64,000 nucleotides of DNA from Ilumatobacteraceae bacterium (GTDB lineage: Bacteria; Actinomycetota; Acidimicrobiia; Acidimicrobiales; Ilumatobacteraceae). Location of the stretch: the NCBI GenBank assembly GCA_963733085.1, contig CAVTBY010000013.1, forward strand, positions 2,809 through 66,808, given 5' to 3'. Below, one piece after another: positions 52,312 to 60,633 of the stretch (position 1 is the stretch's first letter; every line of letters starts with the position of its first letter). The notes beneath the pieces were generated by a model that worked only from the letters and a program-made list of their open reading frames with translations, was not told the DNA's origin and ran no database searches. The position numbers and the translations under genes were made by a program.

Positions 52312-53298
52312 TCAGACGTTGTGGCGGAGCAGTCGCTCGGCCAGGGCCCGCAGCTCGTCGCGCACCTCGGGGGGTTCGAGCACCTCGAAGTCGACGGGCA
52401 GGGAGGCGAGGTAGCGAGCGACCCAATCGGCGTCGCCCCCGATCGTCACGATGCACGACTCGGCGCCGGGCTCTGACTGCTCGACAACACCGACCGTGGG
52501 ACCGATATGCATCGCCACCACCTGCGAGTGTGCGTGCACCCGAACGCGAGCGCGCGTCTCGAACACGCGGACCGCAACTCCCTCGCTGACCAGCGCTCCG
52601 GCGTCGGGGGTCTCGCGCGGTGAATTCCGATGCCCGGTCGATTGGAGATCGCTGATGCGATCGACGCGGTAGGTCCGCCAATCGTCTCGGTCGAGGTCGA
52701 AGCCGACGAGGTACCACCGCCGGCCGAGCGATACGAGGCGGTGCGGCTCGACCCGACGCTCGCTGACCCGGTCCGCGCCGTCGCGATACGTGAACGTGAC
52801 GCGCTCGCCGCGCCGACAGCACATCGCCAAGGCCATCAGGTTGGGCAGTTCGATACGGCCACCGCCCTCACCACCCCCCCGGCCGGCGCGACCGCGACCA
52901 TGGCGGATCCCGACGACCACCTCGCCGAGTGCGTCGACGCGATCGCGGAGCATCTCGGGAAGGACTTGGCGCAGCTTCGTCGACGCCGACAACGCCGCTT
53001 CACCAAGCGTCGGATCGGCGTCGACGGACAGCTCGCGCAACGCCACGGAGACGGCGATCGCCTCGTCGTCGTCGAGCAGCAGCGGAGGCAGGCGGCCACC
53101 GGCACCCAGCTCGTAGCCACCGTAGCGACCGGTCGTGCTGGCGATCGGGTAACCGAGGTCGCGCAGCCGGGTGACGTCCCGGCGCAGCGTCCGGGTCGTG
53201 ATCTCGAGACGCCCGGCGAGCTCATCGGCGTTCCAGGTTGCTCTGGTGGTGAACATCGCCAGCAGGCGCAGGAGGCGGGCCGGGGTGTCCACGGTCAC
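52312..53298 (-). CDS. YafY-family HTH-WYL transcriptional regulator
   Basis: RLLRLL...ELA.RLEIT.RTLRRDV.RLRDLGYPI, LPPLLLDDDEA, RRWYLVGFDLDRDDWRTYRVDRI. Confidence 0.95.
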   Translation of the reverse strand: MTVDTPARLLRLLAMFTTRATWNADELAGRLEITTRTLRRDVTRLRDLGYPIASTTGRYGGYELGAGGRLPPLLLDDDEAIAVSVALRELSVDADPTLGEAALSASTKLRQVLPEMLRDRVDALGEVVVGIRHGRGRAGRGGGEGGGRIELPNLMALAMCCRRGERVTFTYRDGADRVSERRVEPHRLVSLGRRWYLVGFDLDRDDWRTYRVDRISDLQSTGHRNSPRETPDAGALVSEGVAVRVFETRARVRVHAHSQVVAMHIGPTVGVVEQSEPGAESCIVTIGGDADWVARYLASLPVDFEVLEPPEVRDELRALAERLLRHNV

Positions 53299-53314
53299 CC
53301 ATCATCGCAGGGAT

Positions 53315-53335
53315 TGCGGACCAGTACTGTCCACA
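53315..53335. promoter_or_regulatory. putative WYL-regulator operator
   Basis: TGCGGAC-N7-GTCCACA imperfect palindrome in the short divergent spacer. Confidence 0.55.
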
Positions 53336-53356
53336 AGCCTTCATAAAGTTACATCT

Positions 53357-53522
53357 ATGACATATCCGAACAGCATGGACCTGTATGCGATCCTCGCCAT
53401 GGACCGTCAGCGCGAACTGATCGAGGCTGCCGACCGAGCTGCGGTCCGTGCGCCGGGCCCGAGACGCACACCCCTCGCGCCGCCGTTGGCGGCGGCCGCC
53501 GGAGCCACCGCACGCCGCGTAA
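53357..53522 (+). CDS. small Arg-rich hypothetical protein (~55 aa, probable frameshift near 53437)
   Basis: MTYPNSMDLYAILAMDRQRELIEAADR, then in the +1 frame LRSVRRARDAHPSRRRWRRPPEPPHAA-TAA, ending just before the convergent gene. Confidence 0.55.
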
Positions 53523-53523
53523 T

Positions 53524-54030
53524 TCAGTGGCGCTTGACGCCGCCGTACTTCATCCGGGTGTCGCTCATCGCGGCGGCGCGAGCCTCGTCGTCGTTGACGG
53601 CGGCGGCGGTGATCTCGCCAGCGAACAGGGTGTGCGTGCCGAAGTCGATCGCCTGGCGAACCTCGCAGTCGAACCAGACGATCGCCTCGGCAAAGACCGG
53701 GGCGCCCGACGGTGCCGCGCTGACCACGCGCCCGTTGAGGGTCGTCTCTCCGTCCGACGCCATCACCGCCGGCTTGGAGAACTTGACGAAGACCTTGGTG
53801 TCCTCGGCAGACCAGAGGTTCACCGTGAACGAGCCGCTGGTGCTGATCAGCCGGTGGGTGACCGCTGTGTTGTCGACTCCGACGCCGATCAGCACGGGTT
53901 CCATCGACAGTTGCGTGATCCAGCTCGTCGTCATCGCGTTCCACTCCTCGCCGGCGCGGGAACCGACGAGGGCGAGGGCGTTGGGGATCTTCCAGGTGAC
54001 GGCGTTGAGGAGGGTCGCATCGACGGCCAT
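53524..54030 (-). CDS. flavin reductase family protein
   Basis: NAMTTSWITQLS.EP, SGSFTVN, GAPV, FDCEV, GTHTLFAGEI. Confidence 0.92.
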   Translation of the reverse strand: MAVDATLLNAVTWKIPNALALVGSRAGEEWNAMTTSWITQLSMEPVLIGVGVDNTAVTHRLISTSGSFTVNLWSAEDTKVFVKFSKPAVMASDGETTLNGRVVSAAPSGAPVFAEAIVWFDCEVRQAIDFGTHTLFAGEITAAAVNDDEARAAAMSDTRMKYGGVKRH

Positions 54031-54091
54031 GGCAACACGTTAAGACCCTGGTGGCTGCCCGGCGGCAGGTGAGCTGGCAAGCTCGTTCACG

Positions 54092-54883
54092 ATGACGCCG
54101 CCGCTCTCGACGATCGTGTTCTTCAACGCCCATCCCGACGACGAGGTGATCCTCACCGGAGGGACCATGGCGCGGGCGTCGGCAGAGGGTCATCGCGTCG
54201 TGCTCGTCGTGGCGACGAACGGGGAGCACGGCGAGGTCCCGGATGACCTTGCCGACGGCGAGACCATCGTCGCCCGCCGGCGGCGGGAGACGGAGTGCTC
54301 CGCCGAGGTTCTCGGTGTCCACCACGTGCTGTGGCTCGGCTACAGCGACTCGGGGATGACCGGGTGGGATCAGAACACGAATCCGGACTCGTTCTGGCAG
54401 GCCGACGTCGACGACGCCGGCGCCAGGCTCGGCAAGCTGCTGGAAGCGGAACACGCCGACGTGCTCGTCACGTACGACTGGCACGGCGGCTACGGACATC
54501 CCGACCACATCCAGACGCACCGGGTCGGCCACCGCGCCGCCTCGCTTGCCGGCACGCCACGAGTCCTCGAGGCGACGTTCAGCCGCGACAACATGCGTAC
54601 GTTCGCGTCGGGCGACGGCGGTGCGGAGTGGGATCCCGATGGACCCGCCGACGACGGCAACCCCTTCGGCACGCCCGAGATCGAGATCCACTACGCCGTC
54701 GACGTGTCCGACTTCGTCGATCGCAAGCGACAGGCGCTGGCGTGCCACGCCAGCCAGACCAGCGACGCCGGGGCGATGCTGGCGATGCCTGCCGAGCTGT
54801 TTGCCCGGGCGTTCGGCGTCGAGTGGTTCATCGAGCCGGGCCGGCCGCCCGGCCTGCACCGCGGCTGGCTGTTCGCTCGTTAG
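54092..54883 (+). CDS. PIG-L family deacetylase (MshB/Mca-like)
   Basis: AHPDDE, TNGEHG, YSDSGM, YGHPDH, ACHASQ. Confidence 0.92.
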   Translation: MTPPLSTIVFFNAHPDDEVILTGGTMARASAEGHRVVLVVATNGEHGEVPDDLADGETIVARRRRETECSAEVLGVHHVLWLGYSDSGMTGWDQNTNPDSFWQADVDDAGARLGKLLEAEHADVLVTYDWHGGYGHPDHIQTHRVGHRAASLAGTPRVLEATFSRDNMRTFASGDGGAEWDPDGPADDGNPFGTPEIEIHYAVDVSDFVDRKRQALACHASQTSDAGAMLAMPAELFARAFGVEWFIEPGRPPGLHRGWLFAR

Positions 54884-57696
54884 CTACAACCGCTGGTGCT
54901 CCCGCAGCTGGGGCAGGCGTGGCAGGCGCCGGCGCGGACCATCGTCACGCCGCATTGCATGCACATCGGGGCGTCGGACTGGCGGATCACACCGGCGGCC
55001 GGCGTGTTGTCGAGCGGCACCGGCGTGGCGATGCCGGCGCTGAGCTGGTCGGCGAGATCGCCGGCCGATGGCAGCGACTTCGGGTCGGCGACCATCTCGG
55101 AACCGGAGCTCGTCTCGACGACGGCTTCCTCGAGTCCGGGCAACGTCGGCTGCATCCGCTCGCTGACCGAGAAGATCGAGAGCTCGGCGCGCTCGTCGTA
55201 CGTCATGTACTCCATCGCCAGCTTGCGGAACAGGTAGTCCATCACCGAGGAGGCGAAGCGGATCTCCGGGTCGTCGGTCATCCCCGCCGGTTCGAAGCGC
55301 ATGTTCGTGAACGCCTCGACGAACGCCCGCAACGGCACGCCGTACTGCAGCCCATAGGAGATCGACTTGGCGAACGCGTCCATGATCCCGGCGAGCGTCG
55401 AGCCCTGCTTGGACACGGTGAGGAAGACCTCTCCGGGACGGCCGTCGTCGTACTCGCCGATCGTGGCGAAGCCCTTGCAGTCGGCCACACGGAACTCGAA
55501 CGTGCGGCCCTTGCGGCTGCGCGGCAGCTTCTCACGCACCGGCCGGTGGACGACCTTCTCGACGATCCGCTCGACGACCTGCGTCGCTCCGGGCGCAATC
55601 GCGCTCGACGTCTGCTTCGTCGTCGACAACGGCTGGCCGACCTTGCAGTTGTCGCGGTAGATGGCGATCGACTTGAGCCCGAGCTCCCAGGCGAGCTGGT
55701 GGAGATGCTCGACCTCCTCGACCGTGACGTTCTCGGGCATGTTCGTGGTCTTCGAGATGGCGCCGCTGAGGAACGGCTGGACCGCCGCCAACATGCGCAC
55801 GTGGCCCTCGTAGTGGATCGTGTTGTCGCCCATCGAGCAGGCGAACACCGGGAGATGTTCGGCCGCCAGGTGGGGTGCGCCGACGATCGACTTCTGGTCG
55901 TCGATGTAGGCGACGATGTCGGCGATCTGGGCGTCGTTGTAGCCGAGGTGCTGGAGCGCCCGGGGCACCGTCTGGTTGACGATCGACATCGTCCCGCCGC
56001 CGACGAGCTTCTTCGACTTGACGAGGCCGAGGTCCGGCTCGACACCCGTCGTGTCGCAATCGAGCATGAACGAAATCGTGCCCGTGGGGGCCAAGACCGA
56101 GGCCTGCGAGTTGCGCACGCCGTGCTCCTCGCCATCGCGGACTGCCGTTTCCCACGCATCCCGGGCAGCGCGGACGACGTATGCCGGGACGCCATCGGCG
56201 CCTTCGATCCGCTCAGCGGCGTCACGGTGCATGCGCAGCACCCGCAGCATGTGCTCCTCGTTGGCGGCGAAGCCGGCGAACGGGCCCATCCGCGCCGCCG
56301 TGCGCGCCGACGTGGCGTAGGCGTGTCCCGTCATCAGCGACGTGATCGCCGCCGCCCACGCCCGCCCGGCGACCGAGTCGTAGGGCAGCCCGAGGGCCAT
56401 CAACAGGGCGCCGAGGTTGGTGTAGCCGAGACCGAGTTGGCGGAAGTCGCGGGCGTTCTCGGCGATCTTCTCGGTCGGATAGTCGGCCCGGCCGACGAGG
56501 ATCTCCTGGGCCGTGAACACCATCGCGACGGTGTGCCGGAAGGCGTCGACGTCGAAACGGTCGTCGTCGAGGAACTCGAGCAGGTTGATCGAAGCCAGAT
56601 TGCAAGCTGAGTTGTCGAGGTGAACAAACTCACTACAAGGATTACTCGCGTTGATCCGGCCGGTGTTGGCGGCGGTGTGCCAGCGGTTGATCGTCGTGTC
56701 GAATTGGATGCCGGGATCGGCGCATTCCCACGACGCCTCGGCGATCTGCCGCCACAGGTCGCGTGCCTTGACGGTGCGCAGCGTCTCGCCAGTAGTGACT
56801 GCCTTGAGCGCCCAATCGGCGTCGGACACGACCGCCTGCATGAACTCGTCGGTCACTCTGACCGAGTTGTTGGCGTTCTGGTACTGCACCGAGAAGGCGT
56901 CCCGGCCGTCGAGGTCCATGTCGAAACCGGCCTCGCTGAGCACCCGCGCCTTGCGCTCCTCGAGCGCCTTGCACCAGATGAACTCCTCGACGTCTGGATG
57001 ATCGGCGTTGAGGATGACCATCTTGGCGGCGCGACGGGTCTTACCTGCCGACTTGATCGTCCCCGCCGACGCGTCGGCACCACGCATGAAGCTCACCGGG
57101 CCAGACGCCGTGCCACCCCCGTTGAGGTGCTCGGCGCTCGAGCGGATGTTCGACAGGTTCGTGCCGGCACCGGACCCGCCCTTGAAGATGATCCCCTCCT
57201 CGCGGTACCAGTTGAGGATCGAGCCCATCGTGTCGTCGACTTCGAGGATGAAACACGCTGACCCTTGCTGAGGTACACCGGCCACGCCAATGTTGAACCA
57301 CACCGGGCTGTTGAACGCCGCCCGCTGTGTGACGAGGATGTACTTCAGCTCGTCGGAGAACGCCGAGGCCTCGGCGTCGTCGCTGAAGTAGCCGCCCTCC
57401 AGACCCCAGCTCGTGATCGTGTCGACGACACGGTCGACAACCTGGCGCAGCGACGACTCCCGCTCAGGGGAACCGAGGTGCCCACGGAAGTACTTCTGGG
57501 CGACGATGTTGGTGGCGTTCTGGGACCAATCGGCCGGGAACTCGACGCTGGTCTGCTCGAAGGCGACCGAGCCGTCGGCGTGATTGGTGATGCGAGCGTC
57601 ACGTCGTTCCCACACGACCTCGTCGTAGGGGTCGACGCCCTCCGACGTGAACAACCGGCCCAGTCCGATCCTCAGGGGATCTGGTGCAAGCGACAT
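54880..57696 (-). CDS. nrdJ: vitamin B12-dependent (class II) ribonucleotide reductase
   Basis: FNSPVWFN, SACFI, TRRAAKM, NPCSE, CNLAS, APTGTIS, SKT.N.P, TSCPD-like domain, C-terminal CxxC...CxxCGSTSGCS. Confidence 0.97.
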   Translation of the reverse strand: MSLAPDPLRIGLGRLFTSEGVDPYDEVVWERRDARITNHADGSVAFEQTSVEFPADWSQNATNIVAQKYFRGHLGSPERESSLRQVVDRVVDTITSWGLEGGYFSDDAEASAFSDELKYILVTQRAAFNSPVWFNIGVAGVPQQGSACFILEVDDTMGSILNWYREEGIIFKGGSGAGTNLSNIRSSAEHLNGGGTASGPVSFMRGADASAGTIKSAGKTRRAAKMVILNADHPDVEEFIWCKALEERKARVLSEAGFDMDLDGRDAFSVQYQNANNSVRVTDEFMQAVVSDADWALKAVTTGETLRTVKARDLWRQIAEASWECADPGIQFDTTINRWHTAANTGRINASNPCSEFVHLDNSACNLASINLLEFLDDDRFDVDAFRHTVAMVFTAQEILVGRADYPTEKIAENARDFRQLGLGYTNLGALLMALGLPYDSVAGRAWAAAITSLMTGHAYATSARTAARMGPFAGFAANEEHMLRVLRMHRDAAERIEGADGVPAYVVRAARDAWETAVRDGEEHGVRNSQASVLAPTGTISFMLDCDTTGVEPDLGLVKSKKLVGGGTMSIVNQTVPRALQHLGYNDAQIADIVAYIDDQKSIVGAPHLAAEHLPVFACSMGDNTIHYEGHVRMLAAVQPFLSGAISKTTNMPENVTVEEVEHLHQLAWELGLKSIAIYRDNCKVGQPLSTTKQTSSAIAPGATQVVERIVEKVVHRPVREKLPRSRKGRTFEFRVADCKGFATIGEYDDGRPGEVFLTVSKQGSTLAGIMDAFAKSISYGLQYGVPLRAFVEAFTNMRFEPAGMTDDPEIRFASSVMDYLFRKLAMEYMTYDERAELSIFSVSERMQPTLPGLEEAVVETSSGSEMVADPKSLPSAGDLADQLSAGIATPVPLDNTPAAGVIRQSDAPMCMQCGVTMVRAGACHACPSCGSTSGCS

Positions 57697-57801
57697 GCCT
57701 GCGCTCCTTTCGCTCACGTCGAACTACGTCATTGTAGTTAGCCATCCAACCCGTCGAAACACCGGTCCCGGGCGACCTGCTGGGCATTCGCGGGACGGGC
57801 T

Positions 57802-57905
57802 CCGACGGGCGGCACGACACAGCAGGTTCAGGACCCTGGAGGTCCTACGTCGGCCGTTTGTCTTTGCCGGTCGACCAGCAGTCCGCGGTGTCGTACCGCC
57901 GTCGG
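57802..57905 (-). other. structured element in the nrdJ leader
   Basis: ~18-bp stem (57802-57820 with 57888-57905) enclosing the hairpin AGGACC/GGTCCT. Confidence 0.5.
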
Positions 57906-57924
57906 TTCCGTGGGCGAGCGTAGG

Positions 57925-57940
57925 CACCGGCATCTGTGGG
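57925..57940. promoter_or_regulatory. possible NrdR box
   Basis: CACCGGCATCTGTGGG resembles actinobacterial NrdR boxes (CATCT core); upstream of nrdJ with nrdR nearby. Confidence 0.35.
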
Positions 57941-58017
57941 TTGAAAGAGGGACAAGCCTGTGAATTGTGTGTGGGTTTCCATGGCTGACGCCGCCGCGGC
58001 GCTGTCATGATCGGCGA

Positions 58018-58704
58018 ATGCACCGCATCTATCCCGGCGGACCCGCCGCTGCCGACCTGGAAGCCCTCTACGGCGACGTCCCCCGGCCGGCGCCGCCGGG
58101 CCGGCCGTGGGTCGGGCTGTCGATGATCGCCAGCATCGACGGCTCGGCTGCGATCGACGGAGTTTCCGGCGGGCTCGGCAATGCCAACGACAAGGCGGTC
58201 TTCGCCACGCTCCGTGCCGCCGCCGACGTGATCATCGTCGGCGCCGGCACCGCCGCCGCCGAGCGTTACGGACCGCCGTCCCGTGCCGGCCAACGCGTCG
58301 GCGTCGTCACCGGGAGCGGGCGCGTCGACACCGACACGGACCTGTTCCGGTCCGGATGCGGCTTCCTCGTGGTCCCCGAGGACGGACCTGACACGCCACC
58401 ACAGATCGACACGGTGCGTGCCGGCCACCGAACCGTCGACCTCGTCAGCGCCATCACCCGGCTTGCGGACGTCGCCCCCGGCGTTCGTTTCGTCCAGGCC
58501 GAGGGCGGGCCACGGCTCAACGGCGCCCTGCTCGAGGCCGGCTGCCTCGACGAGCTCGACCTGACGATCGCTCCGGCGATGGTTGGAGGGACCGGCCCGC
58601 GCATCGTCGCCGGCGCATCCGAGTCGCTGCGACCGTTCCGACTCGTTCACGTCCTCGCCGATGACGAGGGCTACCTCTTCACTCGCTGGGTGCGCTCTGA
58701 CTGA
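58018..58704 (+). CDS. RibD C-terminal / pyrimidine reductase-like protein
   Basis: MIASIDG, LR..ADVIIVGAGT..AE.Y, EGGP.LNG.L, DELDLTIAP. Confidence 0.88.
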   Translation: MHRIYPGGPAAADLEALYGDVPRPAPPGRPWVGLSMIASIDGSAAIDGVSGGLGNANDKAVFATLRAAADVIIVGAGTAAAERYGPPSRAGQRVGVVTGSGRVDTDTDLFRSGCGFLVVPEDGPDTPPQIDTVRAGHRTVDLVSAITRLADVAPGVRFVQAEGGPRLNGALLEAGCLDELDLTIAPAMVGGTGPRIVAGASESLRPFRLVHVLADDEGYLFTRWVRSD

Positions 58705-59149
58705 GCTTGCTGAGCAGCTCGATCTCGCGATGGAAGTCAGCGGCGGCATCGAAGTTCTTGTACACGCTGGCAAAGCGCAGATAGGCGACCTCGTCGGCCG
58801 CGCCGAGCTGGTCGAGCACGAGCAACCCGATGTTCGCGCTCGTCGTGTCGGACCCGGCGAGACGGACCGAGTCCTCCACCGACTCGGCGATCTGATCGAT
58901 CTGTGTCGCGCTGATCCCGCGACCTTTCGTGGCCGCTTCGACACCTTTGACGATCTTGGCCCGGTCGAACGGCTCGGTGGTGCCGTCCGACTTGACGACC
59001 GTGAGCGGCACCTCGTCAACGCGCTCGAACGTGGTGAATCGGTGGCCGCACGACGGACATCTGCGCCGCCGCCGTACAGCCGCGCCTTCGCTGGCGAGGC
59101 GCGAATCGACGACCTTGGTGTCGTCGGCTTGGCACATCGGGCAGTGCAC
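58679..59149 (-). CDS. nrdR: transcriptional repressor NrdR
   Basis: CPMC...VVDSR...RRRRRCPSC..RFTTFE, ATP-cone, DEVAYLRFASVY. Confidence 0.97.
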   Translation of the reverse strand: MHCPMCQADDTKVVDSRLASEGAAVRRRRRCPSCGHRFTTFERVDEVPLTVVKSDGTTEPFDRAKIVKGVEAATKGRGISATQIDQIAESVEDSVRLAGSDTTSANIGLLVLDQLGAADEVAYLRFASVYKNFDAAADFHREIELLSKLSQSAPSE

Positions 59150-59342
59150 CGCGCAAGGGTAGGCGACGCGGATCTGAGCGACTGCGCTCGGTAACCCTGG
59201 GCGCTGGGGCATCCTCGCGCTGCCAGCGCCACAGCGCGATCCCGCACCACGAGGACGCGAGCAGTGCCACCACCATGAAGACGCGCTCGGACGCCTGACC
59301 ACCGCCGGGGCTGAGCAGCGCTTCACCGACCACCGCGATCAT
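59016..59342 (-). CDS. possible small membrane protein divergent from lexA (3' end uncertain, overlaps nrdR as read)
   Basis: GGAAGGGAGA RBS; MIAVVGEALLSPGGGQASERVFMVVALLASSWCGIALWRWQRE has one TM segment. Confidence 0.4.
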   Translation of the reverse strand: MIAVVGEALLSPGGGQASERVFMVVALLASSWCGIALWRWQREDAPAPRVTERSRSDPRRLPLRGALPDVPSRRHQGRRFAPRQRRRGCTAAAQMSVVRPPIHHVRAR

Positions 59343-59391
59343 CAGGTTCTCCCTTCCATTCGACGAACTCCATTCCTGACCATCCGAACGA

Positions 59392-59497
59392 CGAACACTC
59401 GTACGGGAACGATTGTTCGTCAATCAACCAGAACGGCCGTTCGTTGTCAAGGAGCAAAACGTACAGATGTTTGACTTCGGCGGCGAACGTCCGTACG
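59392..59497. promoter_or_regulatory. five GAAC-N4-GTTC-type SOS boxes overlapping the lexA promoter
   Basis: CGAACACTCGTACG 59392, GGAACGATTGTTCG 59406, AGAACGGCCGTTCG 59430, CGTACAGATGTTTG 59460, CGAACGTCCGTACG 59484; TTGACT-17-TACGAT at 59471/59494. Confidence 0.85.
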
Positions 59498-59505
59498 ATG
59501 TTGGC

Positions 59506-60135
59506 ATGGCACAGAAGCTCACTCGCCGCCAGCGTCAGGTCCTGATGTTCATCGAACAGCAGATCCGCGACCGCGGGTACCCGCCGTCGGTACGCGAGAT
59601 CGGCGAAGCGGTCGGCCTGACCTCACCATCGACGGTGCACAGCCACTTGCGCACGCTGCAGAACCTCGGCTACCTGCGCCGCGACCCAACCAAGCCGCGT
59701 GCCATCGAGGTGCGGTGGGATCCCAACTCGGGGGCGATCATGGAGCGGCGGCCGGTTCGTCACGTGCCACTCGTCGGCGATGTCGCCGCCGGAACGGATG
59801 TGTTGGCCGAGGAGAACGTCGAGGAGTTGTATCCGCTCCCCGAAGACTTCACTGGGCCGGGTGAACTGTTCATGTTGCGCGTCCGCGGCGAGTCGATGAT
59901 CGAGGCCGGCATCCTCGACGGTGACTTCGTCGTCGCCGAGCAGGGGGCGTTCGCCGGGCCGAACGACATTGTCGTCGCCGGAATTCCCGGCGGGGAGGCG
60001 ACGGTGAAGCGATATCGCAGCGACGGACCCACCGTCACCCTGACGCCGGCTCACCCGACGATGGAGCCGATGGTCCTCGACGCGGCCGACGTGCAGGTGT
60101 ACGGCAAGGTCGTGGCCGTTCTGCGCCGCGTGTAG
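59506..60135 (+). CDS. lexA: SOS repressor LexA
   Basis: RGYPPSVREIG..VGLTSPSTVH, VAAG cleavage site, GESM, TVKR. Confidence 0.97.
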   Translation: MAQKLTRRQRQVLMFIEQQIRDRGYPPSVREIGEAVGLTSPSTVHSHLRTLQNLGYLRRDPTKPRAIEVRWDPNSGAIMERRPVRHVPLVGDVAAGTDVLAEENVEELYPLPEDFTGPGELFMLRVRGESMIEAGILDGDFVVAEQGAFAGPNDIVVAGIPGGEATVKRYRSDGPTVTLTPAHPTMEPMVLDAADVQVYGKVVAVLRRV

Positions 60136-60178
60136 TCGCACCCGTCGGAGTCTGGCCGCGGCCAGCGATGATCGAGAC

Positions 60179-60610
60179 ATGACCGTCAAGACACGGCGCA
60201 CCGCCGCCGAACCAGCTCAGGCAGTGATCACACTCGGCGACCGGGAGGGCCGGTCCTACCCATGCGGCACGATGCATGCGGTGTTCAAAGCCGATGGGCC
60301 GGAGACCAACGACGCATATTCGATCTCGGAGTGGTGCCTCGATCCACGATCGGGTGGGCCTGGCGCCCACCAGCACGACGCCAGCGACGACATCTTCTAC
60401 GTGCTCACGGGGGCGGTCACCTTCGTGCTCGACGGTCACGAGTTCGTCGGCGGTGCCGGATCGTTCGTCCGTGTGCCACCCGGCGTGGTGCACGACTATC
60501 GCAACGACGGCGACGAACCGGCCCGGCTGCTCAACGTCTACATCCCGGGGGGTTTCGAGCCCGAGATGCCGGCGATCGTCGACTGGTTCGCCGGGCAGCG
60601 GGCGGAGTGA
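60179..60610 (+). CDS. cupin domain protein
   Basis: PGAHQH...FYVL.G; VPPGVVHDYRN. Confidence 0.9.
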   Translation: MTVKTRRTAAEPAQAVITLGDREGRSYPCGTMHAVFKADGPETNDAYSISEWCLDPRSGGPGAHQHDASDDIFYVLTGAVTFVLDGHEFVGGAGSFVRVPPGVVHDYRNDGDEPARLLNVYIPGGFEPEMPAIVDWFAGQRAE

Positions 60611-60633
60611 GCGACGGCCGGGGTCGACAGCGC

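Noticed and set aside
54880-57696. Intein within NrdJ
   Set aside because: The motifs are contiguous and the length is normal; only recoded patches are present.
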